NCBI GenBank assembly: GCA_964188305.1
Contig: OZ076894.1
Length of the DNA: 64,000 nt
Strand: one strand, 5' to 3'
Source: Podarcis bocagei
Taxonomy: Eukaryota
The translations under genes were made by a program, and so were the position numbers. Position 1 is the first letter of the stretch, and each line of letters begins with the position of its first letter. The notes under the pieces were generated by a model that did not search any database, had not been told where the DNA came from, and saw nothing but the letters and a program-made list of their open reading frames with translations. Below, piece by piece: positions 63,720-64,000 of the stretch.

Positions 63720-64000
63720 GGAATCTGGTAGCTGGGGTTTGAAACAAAGTTTCTAGCTCTCATGACGGATGAGAGGAAAAGCTTGGAACTGTGTTTGTTG
63801 AGGGCACAGATAAAATACACAAAATGTACCTGTCCATGATGACTCCTCATTTGGGGGTGAATGTGTCTTGCTTGCCACCATCAGGTATGCCAATTTGGTA
63901 CACTACCGCAAGCCAATACTTATTTGGGCTGGGCAGAGACATGACAAATTCCCACGATTATGACTTGCGGCAGGTCAACCAGACAACCTATTCCATTATG

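Overview
Vertebrate genomic DNA, almost certainly from a squamate reptile. The Sauria SINE, BovB, Squam3-type SINE, L2 and MITE complement points to a lacertid lizard (inference). I can support no host protein-coding exon: the window reads as a large intron or gene desert. The ORFs that resemble real proteins are 3' fragments of non-LTR retrotransposon ORF2 (BovB/RTE, L2, CR1, L1), and a Rex/Babar fragment is readable by hand. A large share of the window is transposon-derived: six BovB 3' fragments, four Sauria SINEs, several tRNA-derived SINEs, nine Tigger/pogo-like MITEs, many hAT MITEs with 8-bp TSDs, three solo LTRs with 5-bp TSDs, and several nested insertions. The strongest finding is a 761-bp compound hAT element (25035-25795) bounded by one perfect 8-bp TSD. 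It consists of a MITE with a damaged right end, about 545 bp of non-transposon cargo resembling a CpG-island promoter, first exon and intron start, and a second right end, i.e. a Pack-TE-like host-DNA capture. Also notable are Tc2/pogo-type MITEs with different internal hairpins, a 140-bp inverted duplication bracketing about 1.9 kb, clustered BovB 5' ends and several enhancer-like stretches. Family names come from recalled consensus features, not database searches.
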